A stretch of 64,000 nt of DNA from Priapulus caudatus (taxonomy: Eukaryota), in assembly GCF_000485595.1 (NCBI RefSeq), contig NW_014577076.1:980647-1044646 (forward strand), in the 5' to 3' direction. Each line of letters starts with the position of its first letter. The first letter of the stretch is position 1. The translations under genes were made by a program, and so were the position numbers. Below the pieces are notes generated by a model, which worked only from the letters and a program-made list of their open reading frames with translations, made no database searches and was not told the DNA's origin. Shown here in pieces: positions 29,063 through 41,000 of the stretch.

Positions 29063-31690
29063 GGCATTTCACCGTCGCGGGTGGTGGGTCAATTTGAGAT
29101 GTCATCGTTCACGTGGCGGGTGGTTGGGTAATTGTCCAGAGGTGCTCACGTCCGTGGGCGTATTGTGCAGGGTTGTCCAACGTGGTGGTGGCGTGGGTAA
29201 TGTGTGCAGGCGTGTCACGGGGTGGTGGCGTAATTGTGCAGGTTGTCACGTGGTGGTGGCAGGCGGGTAATCTGTGGCAGGGTGTCCACGTGTTGGTGGG
29301 TGGCGTCGGTAACTTGTGCATCCGTGTCACGTGGTTGGGTGAGTAATTCGTGCAGGGTGTCACGTGGGCGTGCCTGGGTGGTGCGGTAAGATTGCTCTGC
29401 AGGCGTGTCACCGGTGCGCCCGCGCGGGGCTCCGGGCGCGCGGTCGGGTGTGGGGCCCGTGGTAATTGTGCTAGATGTCACGTGCGTGTGGTGGGTAATT
29501 GGGCAGGGGATGTTCACTCGGGGGGGCCGTAATTGTTGCAGGGTGCTTCACGTCGGGTGGTGGCTAATTGTGCAGGGTGTCAGCGTGGTTGGTGTCAGTA
29601 ATTCGGTGCAGGGGTATGTCACGTGGGTGCCGGTGGTGGGTAATGCTGCAGGGTGTCACGTCCGGTGGGTGGGGCTAAATTGTGCAGTGCCGCCTGTCAC
29701 GTGGGGCTGGGTGGGTAACATGTGCAGTGGGGTGTCAGTTGGGCGCGGGTGGTGCGCCTGGTAATGTGCAGCGGGTGTCACGTGCGGATGGTGTGGCTAA
29801 TTGTGCAGGCGGTGTCACCGTGGCTCGTGGGTGGTTTAATATGTGCAGCGGGGGCGGTGTCATCGTCGGGGTGAGTGCCGCGGCTAGATTGCCGTGGCCA
29901 GGATGTCATCTTGCTGGTGTGCCCCGGTAATTGTGCAGGGTGTCACGTCCTCCGGTGCAGTGAGTAATTTGTTGCAGCGGTGTCAACGTCGGTGGTGAGT
30001 AATTGCCTCGCCAGGGCACAGTGTCCACGTGGTGGTGGCGGGTAATTGTGCAGGGCATCACGTGGTGCGTGGGGTAATTGTGCAGGGCTGTCACGGGGGT
30101 GGTGGGTAATTGTGCAGCTGACCGGTGTCACGTGCGGTGGATGCGCGTAATTGTGCAGTCCCGGCTGTCACGGCGTGTGGGTAAGTTGGCCAGTGGTGGT
30201 CACGTGGTGTGGTAATAATTGTGCCCAGGATGTCACGTGGTGGTGTTGGGGTAAGTTGTGCAGCGGTGTCACGTCCGGTGGTGGGAGTAATTGTGCAGTC
30301 GGGTGTTCACGCTCGGCTGGCGTAGTAATTCGTGCAGGATGTCCACGTGGTGGTGCGGTAATTGTGCAGGATGTCACGTCGGCTGGTGGTAAATTGTCGC
30401 AGGATGTCACGTGGTGGTGCGGTATATGTGTGGGCAGGCGGTGTTACGTGCGTTGGTGGTGCGGGTAATTGTGCATGGCAATCACGTGCCTGTGGTGCGC
30501 GTAATTGTGTAGATGCTCACGATGGTGGTGGTAATTGTGCAGGCGATGTCACGTCGTGTGGTGCCGGGCGGGGCGACGGGAATTGTGCCAGGATGTCACT
30601 TGAGGTGGTGGTAAATGTGCAGGGTGTCACGTGGGCGCGTGTGTCGGGTAATTGCTAGCTCGCAGCGGTCTCACGTCGGCTGCGTGTCGGTATTGCTGCA
30701 GGCGAGCTTGTCACGTGGTGGTGGTGTATTGTGCAGCGCAGGCGTGCTCACGTGGTGGTGGTGCGGTAATTGTGCAGGTATGTCCACGCTGGTGGTGGCG
30801 TAATTGTGCAGCGGCTGTCACGTGGGTGGTGCCGGTATTGTGCAGTGGCGGCGGTTACGGGGATGTCACGCTATAGTGGTGTAGTAATTGTGCAGGCTGT
30901 TCACGTGGGTAGTGGGTAATTGTGCAGGGCGCTGTCACGTGCGCCGGTGGTGTGGTAATTGTGCAGCCGGTGTCAACGTGTGCTGTGAGTAATTGTTGCA
31001 GGATTCACGTGGTGGGTGAGTAATTGATGCAGGGGTGTCACCGTCCATCCTTGGTGGTGTCCCCGCTAATTGTTGCGCAGGATGGTCATGCGGAGTGGTT
31101 GCGGTAATTGTGCAGGCGGGTGTCACGTGTGCGTGGTAGTGTGCAGGGTGTCACGTCCGGTGCCCGGGGTAATTGTGCAGCATGTCACGTGGTGGTGGTA
31201 ATTGCTGCAGGTGTCACGTGGTGTGTGGGGTAATGTGCGAGGGCTTCATGCTGGCGTAGTGGTAATTGTGCAGGGGGCCTGTCACGTGGTGGTGGGTAAT
31301 TGTGCAGCGTGTCACGTCGGTGGTGTGGGTTAATTGGGCAGGCCTCGGGTGGTGCACGTCGGAGTGGGGTTTGAATGGTGCGAGGCGGTTGTCACGTGCC
31401 GCGGTGGTGGGGGGTAATTGTGAGGGCGTGTCACGTGGGCTGCCGTGGCGTAATTGTGCAGGGGTGTCACGTGCCCGAGGCTTATTGGCGCGTCTTCCAT
31501 GGGCCCGGGCGCAGCTGAGGTGCTCTGACATGCGCCGCCTTGGTGTGGTAATTGGTCGCAGGGTGTCACGTGCGTGAGTGGGTAACTTGTGGCAGGCGTG
31601 TCACCGTGGTGCGTGGGTAATGTGCCAGGGACTGTCACGTCCCGTGTGGCGGCTAACAGTATATGGGTGTCATGTCGGTCGGTGGGTATT
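29063..31690. repeat. Same 30-bp minisatellite, array 2 (very noisy; probably a second read of the same array)
   Basis: Same consensus, and the same terminal sequence (aacagtatatggtgtcatgt...) as array 1. Confidence 0.9.
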
Positions 31691-34600
31691 CCTACAAAGA
31701 ATATCTAGTGGAACGCGGTACTAGATCCTATAAGAAACGAATAAACTCCCAAATAAGCTGTATAGGCAGCTAATAGAAAACACTACTATTTGTGCAGTGT
31801 TGATAATAACAGGATTGTAATCAATAGTTATTGGTAATCGTAAAGAGGTCGTACAATCGGTCTGATATTGCAACTCGTAACTCATATCCACCTCTCGCTA
31901 TTACAACGCCGTCAATAAGCCCCTTTAGTTAAAGTCTTTAATAATGACCAATACGGCCGCTCCACCTTGCCCCTGGCTGTAGAAGTAGCCTAGAGGCCGT
32001 ATTTCGCTCGCGGAGAGATTTAATATCTCCGAATTTTGATATTTTCGAACATCAAAACGCGGCTATCATAAAAATATGCCAATTTGTGTTCGTGTTTAAA
32101 TCAAGAATTTATTTCATCGCCTATTTGAAAGTAATTCGCTATTCCTTTTAGCTTCATATTTTGTTTTTTTTTATACAACAAGCATCACCAATGACAAATA
32201 GACAGTAAGGACGAGCGCGTGACTCAAGATTCAAGCCGTATCTCACCGCGTCACCGTGGCGAGGCAACTAATGAATATCAAGCCTTGTCTATCTCGCACT
32301 CTAAAACTACAAGAACTATCTCAGATGTCCGCAGCCAAGGACCTTCCGTCCAGCGAGCCCGTAATGCAGTCCCACCCCCTGGATCCTCACACACAGACCG
32401 ACCCCGGAAACAATCTCGTAGCGCTCCACTCGGTCGTGGTGCCGTGTCCTTCTAGCGATACACGTACTCTGCTGCGCGCGTTGGGCGCTGCCGCATGTCG
32501 CCAGCCAGCAGTCTGATGCCCTGCCGAACCACTGCCCGTTATCGCTCCTAACATCGGTCGCATTGATTTTCGGCCACACCTTTTCGCTCGTTCACGCCAG
32601 TCCCTGGTGAATTTTGCGGTCCTTGTCCGTCGTATTCTCTCCAGCGCTAGAACTGGCAATCTATCTCTAAAGTGAGCCAGGTATGCTCGCTGAATCTGTG
32701 ATCGCATCTATAACATAAGTATGGCAGCTAGGATAATTGGCGCGAAACTCGCTCTTTGAGCTAATAGTCTAGGGTTCACGGCTTCGCACGGGGACTAACA
32801 CCTGTACTAAGGCAGCAGAAGAAATAGCAGAGTTTGACGACCTAAACTGCTTTAAGCCTATAGAGTCTATGAATATTAAGCTAAACAAAGCACGTCCTCC
32901 TGGAATCTTTTTTAAATGCTCTATTTTACGGACACATGATGTTAGAAAGGATGTAGTGAAAATTTGTAGTGATTTTCAAAAACCACCCGCAACAATTTCG
33001 ATAAACAAAGAGCCTATAACTGATAAAAAGTATAACTTTTTTTTAAAATCCAGGACCATTTTTCTTGTTGATATGTTAGCCATTAAAGCCGTATACAGAA
33101 CCATTATTGGTAATCAGTCTTAGTACGTGAGTTTTCCGAGACGCAATAGCGTTTGAAACAATCAGCAACTTCCACATTTCTAACAAATGCGAGGATTATT
33201 AAACACTTTTCTAAATTTCCACGCATGTGTACTGCTGTGTTATAATTGACTCATGCGGGAGATCCTTGGTAGTGGTGTGGTTGGAGGCTATCATACATGA
33301 ATTTCCTACGTATACATAGCTGCCATTGGGTGTACGACCCTATCAAATAAGAGTGCGTATTGAATATTTTGTACCGAAAAATCCACCTCCAACCGTTAAA
33401 CCAGGATCTCTATTCGCGAAGGAAATTGAGACGCCCTCACGGCATATAAGCTATGGATGTTGGAAGAGTTCCTTACCTTCGAGACGCAGTACGGAGAACT
33501 CATGATTCCTCCGGTCAAACCGTAGCAACTCAATTGTTAAAACATCTAATCGCTTGACAAATTTATAAAAAAACGCACACGGCCACGGACACCTCTTATC
33601 TCGTTGTTTCCCTTTCTGTTTCCTGACATAAGACACACACGACACGCCCACGCACGTGAACGTGTGGGTCGCCGCCGCTCAGCTGCCGCGCATCCGGGCA
33701 TTCCGGCGTGTGCCAACGTCGCGTCGTGTGCGTATTTGTCGGCACGTGTGTGGTATGGGAGTTAATTGCTCCCTGAAATTTAATACCCGCTATAAATAAT
33801 TCGATATTACATTTCCGATATTGTACGAGAGTAATAATTGTGTGATACCCTTTGGGCCCATGCCTTGCCAATGTAGTGATTACGATTCCGTGAAACCGTG
33901 GTGACAGTTTTTCGTCCGATGGTCGATCATGAGCGTGCGGGTATTGCACGTAGCGCGTTATCGAGCACGGCGCACATGTGCAGAGACCGTGGCTAGCACA
34001 CGTCGACAGCTAACGCAACAGCCTGTCAAACTGTCCTTTCCTACCACGTCGATCTTCTTGCTTCTTGTCGATTACACACGTACGTCGCTTTCTGCCGCCA
34101 GGTTCTCTACTGAATAGCAGTCAGTTCCACACAGTTCTTACAGATACAGAAAGTTGACTTGCCAGTATGGTTAGTGCTAAATCATATAGCATTTGGAGTT
34201 AGAGCGTGAGTCATTACGCAATGAAGAGCTCGGAATATCCACTGATACCAATCGTTAGAATCCTACGCGCATTGTATGGAGACGTTCACACACAAAATAA
34301 CGTTTAACAAAATGTACCCGTAATATTACGCTCTCGTAGCATTGACACATCTTACCACAGTGAGCTAGTCTGTTGCTAACTTTTACATAGAAGTTTCCCA
34401 CACATTCCCTGAAAGCAAACATTTGCAGAACATCAGAACCCAGTTAGTTATATCATCTGTTTTTTTTTTGGCAGTTCAAAACTCGTTCGGTTTACATCAG
34501 CCGCTTCACACGTAGCCCGTAAAGAAATCCGCCGTATTTAGCGTTCACACGTGGCAAAAATACGAGCCCAAGCATATAGTACTTAAACAGATCCGGTATT

Positions 34601-37520
34601 TCATGCTAAATACGAGGCCTTCCCAGACCCGAATAATTTTGCCGTGCTTGAAAATACCGGCATTTATGTTTCTCTTGGCACCGCGATTTCTGTGTGAACG
34701 CTTTAAATACCGGATTTCAAGCCGCGTAGTTTATAAGACTGGTCGCGCTCGACAGTTGCCAGTGTAGATGCGAGGGAACTGTCGAGCGCGGACAGTCTAC
34801 GTATTTTTTACTCGCGTCTGCCGTGCGAATTGCATTGTATTTCGCTTATTGTTTTGCTTGAATTGTTTAAAGCAGCTTCGCAGCTTCGCAAATTACCGTG
34901 CTATTTCTGGAGCGCGCAGGATCAGGCGCTGGTGAACGCCTCGGCGCGTATTTGTCTCAGATTCGGGATTGTCCGCCAAAATCTGCCGTATTCTCAGGGA
35001 AATACGCAGGTCTCGTGCTGAACCGAGTGCTATAGTCACGTAGGTTCAAGCGTGCTTGTTAAAACGCGTATAATTTAGACACATTGAGTTAAAAACTGGC
35101 TTTTCCTAGAAAGCCGGACACCACTAGGCGATTTAAATCGGCCGACTCAGTCGGGCGACTCAATTCGCCCGCTTGCAAAATCGCGCTAACTGTGTCAGTC
35201 AGTCGCCTCCGGATTTGTAGTCGCCCGAGTTTAGTGCCGATTCGAATCGCATAGATCAAACTTTTTGATATTATCAGGCGATTATTTCAGATCGTCCCGA
35301 TTAAAAATCGTGCCTAGTGTGTCGCGGGTCAGGCGATTTATCGCCCGATTGCTACAATTTATCCAGCCAAGTCAGACGCCTTGTTCAATGGATAGCTGAC
35401 GTGAATAGCGATGTTCATTGTTTAGTATGTCATGCTCATGTCCATGTCCACGTACATAGCGAATGGCCCACGCACGGCGACGGCACGCAGCGTGTACGTA
35501 GCACCGCTACGCAACACCACACTCATGCACGCACTTGTATACGTGCACACACGCACGCACGCACGCACGCACTGCACGCACTGTGTACGTGCAACCACCG
35601 CACGCAGCGCACGATCTACCGTGCACCATGCATCGCACGCACGGCACGCACGTGTCTACCTGCCACACACAAGCACGTACGCACGCACGGCACACATGCA
35701 CACACGCTGACCTGCAGCACGCCACACACGCACGCACGCACGCACACCATGCCCACACGTGTACATGCCACCACGCACGCACGCACGCACGACACGTGGT
35801 ACGGCTGCACAGCCAGCCACGCACGCACGGCGACGCTAACCGCAGGTACGGTGCCACACGCACGCACTTCAACACACGCGACGTGACGTGCACACACACG
35901 GACGCCACGCACGCAGTTGCACCGCACGTCCCCTGTAAGTTCACACGCACACACGCACTCACGTGTACGTACACACGCCACGCACGCTGTACGTACACAC
36001 CGCACGCACGCACGTGTACGTGCACACGCACGCATACACTCCGATGCCACGCACGTGTACAAGCAGCACGCACGCACAGCAACGACACGTGTACGTGCAC
36101 ACGCACGCACGCACGTCTACGTGCACATGCACACGCTGCGCACACACGCACTCGCCACGCGACCGCCACGTCGCCCGTGTCACCCACACTGGGACGGACG
36201 TCGCACATGCCACCCCCCACGCCCTCCACCGAATACGCTTCTCCCACTTTCCCGTGTTAACTGCCCCACGCGGCGCCACACACGCACGCACACACGCAAG
36301 CTGTACGTGCACCCAACGCCACGCCTACAGCACCCGCGAGCATCGCACGCACGCCTTGTACGTGCACACGCACGCACGCAGTGCACGCCAGGGTGAACGT
36401 GCACACGCCACAGCACGCATGCACGGAGCTGTGAACTGTGCACACGCACGCAACGCACGTATATGTGCCATACGCAAAACGCTCGCACGCACAGTCGTTA
36501 CGCTGCTCACGCACGCCCACTCACGTTAACCTCGCACACACACGCACGCACCGCCACGTAGCGCACGTGTACCTGTGAACACGCACGTCATTCACACACG
36601 GCACGCAGGCACGCCGTGTTACGCTACACACGCCACGCACGACGAGCACGACGCACGCACCGCGCCACGTGCTACGTGCACACCGCACACATTGCACGCA
36701 CGGTACCACGCACGCAACGACGTAATACGTGCACAGCGCGACACACGCGACACACCGCACGCACACACGCACGCATGCCCACGCCCACGTTACATACAAC
36801 ACGCACGCCACCGCATGCATGCGCACGCCAGCGTGTAACTGTGAACACGCAGCGCACGCCACGTCCACGCACGTCTGTACGGTTCATACTACGCACCCTC
36901 GCACCACGATCATGCACGACCGCGTGTAACATCGCGCCTATCTGTCTGTTACGGGCCCTACCTTTTGCATATTATCGGCCGCGAGTTATTTCAGCCCGCC
37001 CGATAAAATCGCAATAGCTGTTCGTCCACTCGACTCGCGCGTATAAGAAATCGGGATATTATCGGGCGATTAAAGCTCGCCCGACTTAGATCGCATTAAA
37101 ATCGCTAGTGTGTCCGCGTCCCTTAATGCGCGAGCCCTGTAGCGACACACTGCGATGGTTCAGATTTTTCTTTATTTAAACCGCGCTGTGCTTATAACCA
37201 TCTCATGGTAGCGGCTTATATTTCGGAATCTCGTCAGCATACCCGTGTGTTGCGGCAGCGGATGAATGCCAGCGCGCGATGCTGACGCTGATGCATCCAC
37301 GTGCATGGGATGCAGACGAATCAAATCGAGCGATGAACGGCACTCATTTATGGTTAAGTTGCTCGCCGCTCGAGGTAATTTGTCCCGAGTGTGCCACCGA
37401 AGCTTGTAAAAACAATGCGGCCTTTAATACTTAAGGTTAATCGAATTAGCATTCTGTTGAAAATCTTATTCAGAATCAAACGGTAGAGACAAATAGCTCC
37501 GCGATCTGTCTCATTCTGTC
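31666..37520 (-). pseudogene. Indel-riddled duplicate of 39493-44660 with broken copies of exons F, G0, G and H (probably uncorrected long-read sequence of the true locus)
   Basis: Collinear with the clean block. Broken exons lie at about 37243-37403, 34352-34408, 33848-34109 and 32330-32707. Differences are mostly single-base insertions. Confidence 0.75.
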
Positions 37521-37564
37521 TATGCTGCCTGTCCTGCTCTATCTGCGTCTGTCTAGTCTATCTA

Positions 37565-37647
<83 letters not shown>

Positions 37648-37880
37648 GCTATATCTATATATATATATATCTGTCTGTCTGTCTGTCTGTGTATCTGTCT
37701 CTCTGTCTATCTGCCTATATGTCTAGCTACCCGCCTTTCGATTTTTCTATCTTCTCTCCCCCCGCTCTCTCTCTATGTATATATATATATATATATTTAT
37801 TTATTTATTTATTTATTTATTTATTCATTCCTATTTTTTTAATTAATTAATTATTCATTTATTTATATGTATGAATATAT
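37504..37880. repeat. (TATC)n, (AT)n and (ATTT)n microsatellites
   Basis: Direct reading. Confidence 0.9.
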
Positions 37881-37889
37881 ACAATTAAC

Positions 37890-38062
37890 CTTTGCCTCTA
37901 AGTTATTTGTTTCCTTGTAATAGTACCAGATGACACTGTCGTTGCTGTATGAAAGCTTCAATCTGGTCACCCATTGTTGCTTCTTTGTATCTTCTCTTCC
38001 TTTAACAATGAAGCCTGTCACTCGTGTCGGTGGACCAATATCAAACTGAAGCCACTGTTGTC
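37890..38062 (-). CDS. Discoidin-domain gene exon E
   Basis: GQQWLQFDIGPPTRVTGFIVKGR...WVTRLKLSYSNDSVIWYYYKETNNLEAK; donor GTTAAT (phase 0). Confidence 0.9.
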
Positions 38063-41000
38063 CTAATACATAAAACCCATTGTAAATTAGATCACCTATT
38101 TCAATGGAGGTACATTGACTCATACACATATTACAGACTCTTGCACATATTACACCGCACGCACTTTTATTGAACTTCAACTTACATATACTACAGGTAC
38201 ACGCGGGCGCGTGCATATAAATATGTATTTGTTAATTGATCAATTAATTTTTGTCTGTGCATAATATGGTCTCAATTATGTAATTCACATTAATATATCA
38301 ATTATTCTTATTGAATACAATTCTATTTGATCCATGATTATTGTAAGACGGCCAATAGCAAGCGACGACCAGCAACCCCAACGACCAATGACCGATAAAC
38401 CTATAACCCAGCTATTGTAATTGAAGGCGATGACCCTATTTCGAATTCAATTAAATACCGCCAGCTTTTAGTGGTATCTGAGCCATTCATCCAGCTGCAT
38501 TGCTTCTGTCGCTGAGGTCTATAGAGGAAATTCCCTCAAGTGTATTTATTTATTCAGTAATCGTCAAACGGGCAACGCATTTTATCGCGAAATTATTTAT
38601 AAATTTATATGAAACTGGAAGTTGCTCATTATCAAGAGCTTAGTATCTGATTTAATCGCGTTCATTTCACGCTTCGAAAAGCGAAAGCTTCGAAAACAAA
38701 TCTCAGTGATTTGCTTGGGATGATTAGTTAAATTGTAATTTTACATTAGCCCATACATGTTGAAACAAATGTTATATAACCTTAAAAGCAAGGCAAAATA
38801 ATAGGCTATATACTACAATTACTGCGATTTCCAGCATTATGCGATTATAAAATTTTCTTACATTATTTTATTCACTATGACTCTTGCTGATACTAACCTG
38901 TGATAATAATGTGTATTGTATAATCACCAATATGAAACGACTTCAATGGTGATGATTTTTCATAAGAATATTGATTATATATCTGCCAATTAACGTTTAT
39001 ATACGTTATGTGCTAACAATGTTTTCAGTGCGAGCAAGGGGTTGACGACGAGTTTTATCACGTGGGATTTTTCTAAAACCCTGTATGATACAAAATGAGA
39101 AAGGGATTCCGCTGGCCCTACACCAATAATTCTAGACTTACCGTTGTTGTGTTTGGCACACCAACTTTTTGAACTGAAGATGTGTCCGTCCTCCGGTAGA
39201 CAGGAGCTGTGTCGTTTCCAGTTCCACGTTGAGGACGCCTTTACCTTCACGGCCGGCGGCAGGCTGATCACGCGGTCGCATTCTAGAAAAACTCTTACTA
39301 TCATTAACTTAACAGCAGCAGGAGCAGCAGCAGAAGAAAAAGAAGAAGAAGAAGAAGAAGTTGATGGAGAACAACAACAACAACAACAACAAGAGGAAGT
39401 AGTAGAAGAGTTGTAGTAGTATCATTAGTATCAGAAACAGCTGTAACAGTAGTGTTGGTAGCAGTAGCAATAGCAGTAATAATAGTAGTAGAGGTGTCAT
39501 GTGGTGGTGGGTATTCCTAAAGAATATATGGAACGCGTATAGATCTATAAGAAACGATAACTCAAAAGTGTTAGGCAGTAATAGAAAAACTATATTTTGC
39601 ATTGATTAATAACGGCATTGTAATAATATTATTGTAATCGGTAAAGGGTACAATGGCTGAATTGCAAACTCTAACTATATCCATCGCTATACAACGCCGC
39701 AATAGCCCCTTTAGTTAAAGCTTAATAATTACAAATCGGCGTAAAGTAGCTAGAGCTATTTCGAGAATTTAATATCCGAATTTGATATTTCGAACATCAA
39801 AACGCGCTATATAAAATATGCAATTTGTGTTCGTAAATCAAGAATTTATTTATCGCTATTAAAAATTCGCATTTTTTAGCTCAATTTTGTTTTTTTTATA
39901 ACAAATCACCAACGACAAATAGACAGTAAGGAGAGCGCGGACTAAGATCAAGCGTATCTCACCGGTCAGTGGACAACTAATGAATATCAACCTTTACTCG
40001 ACTAAAACTAAAAATATCTCAGGCGAGCAAGGACGAGCATATCAGTACACCTGGATCTCACACAAGACCAGGAAAAATCTCAGGCTCCATCGGTTCGTGG
40101 TGCCGTGTCCTTCTAGGTACACGTATCTGCCGCGCGTGGGCGTGCCGCATTCGAGCAGCAGTCTTGGCGCGAACACTGCGTTACTCGTTCGATTGATTTC
40201 GGCACACCTTTGCTCGTCACGCATCCTGGTGAGTTTGCGGTGGGTCTCCACGTAGACGGCAATCTTCTCTAAATTGAGCAGGTAGTCGCTGAATCTGTGA
40301 TCGGCATCTATAAATAATATGGAGAGATAATCCGGAAATCCCTTTGAGAATAGTTAGGGTTACGGACGGGTAACACTGTAAAGGCAGCAGAAGAAATAGC
40401 AGAGTTGGGACCTAAACTTTTAACCATAAGTCTATAATATTAACTAAAAAAGAGTCCCTGGAATTTTTTTAAATGCTCTAATTTAGGAAATAAGTTGAAA
40501 AGATGTATGAAAATTTGTAGTGATTTTCAAAACGCAACAATTTCGTAAACAAAGAGCCATAACTGATAAAATATAACTTTTTTTTTAAAAATCCAGGGAC
40601 CATTTTTCCTTTGATATGTTAGCATTGAAACGTAACAAACATTATTGGAATCAGAGTAGTGAGTTTCGAGAAATAGCGTTTGAAAAATCAGCAACTTCAG
40701 CATTTCTAACAATGGAGATATTAACACTTTTCTAAATTTCCCATGATTGTATGCCTGTGTTAATAATTGACTCATGCGGGGATTTGGAACTGTTTGGGAG
40801 GCTACATACATAATTTCTACGTATACATAGCTGCCCATGGGTACGACCTATCAAATAAAGTGGGTATTGAAATTTTGACCGAAAATCACCTCCCAACCTT
40901 AACAGTATCCTTAATGACAGGAAATTGAGACGGCAGCAAAGATGGATGGAGAGTTCCTACTTCGAGACAGTACGGAGAATCATTGATTCCTCCGGTAAAC

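Noticed and set aside
23661..31690. Possible CRISPR-like array or repetitive protein ORFs (HNYPPPRDTL, VTWWWVIVQG)
   Set aside because: Head-to-tail 30-bp units with no unique spacers, no cas genes and a eukaryotic context. The ORFs arise because the unit is a multiple of three and stop-poor in several frames.
35317..37017. Long His/Thr/Arg- or Cys/Val-rich ORFs (up to 246 aa), repeated at 42652-44148
   Set aside because: Translations of a CACG/CA low-complexity tract inside a MITE; open in many frames on both strands.
27560..37520. Tandem array of alternative 3' exons or a diversifying cassette system for the lectin domain
   Set aside because: The extra copies are frameshifted by insertion-biased noise, flank a 25-N gap and share an exactly duplicated block. 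Assembly artefact is much more parsimonious; kept above only as a testable alternative.
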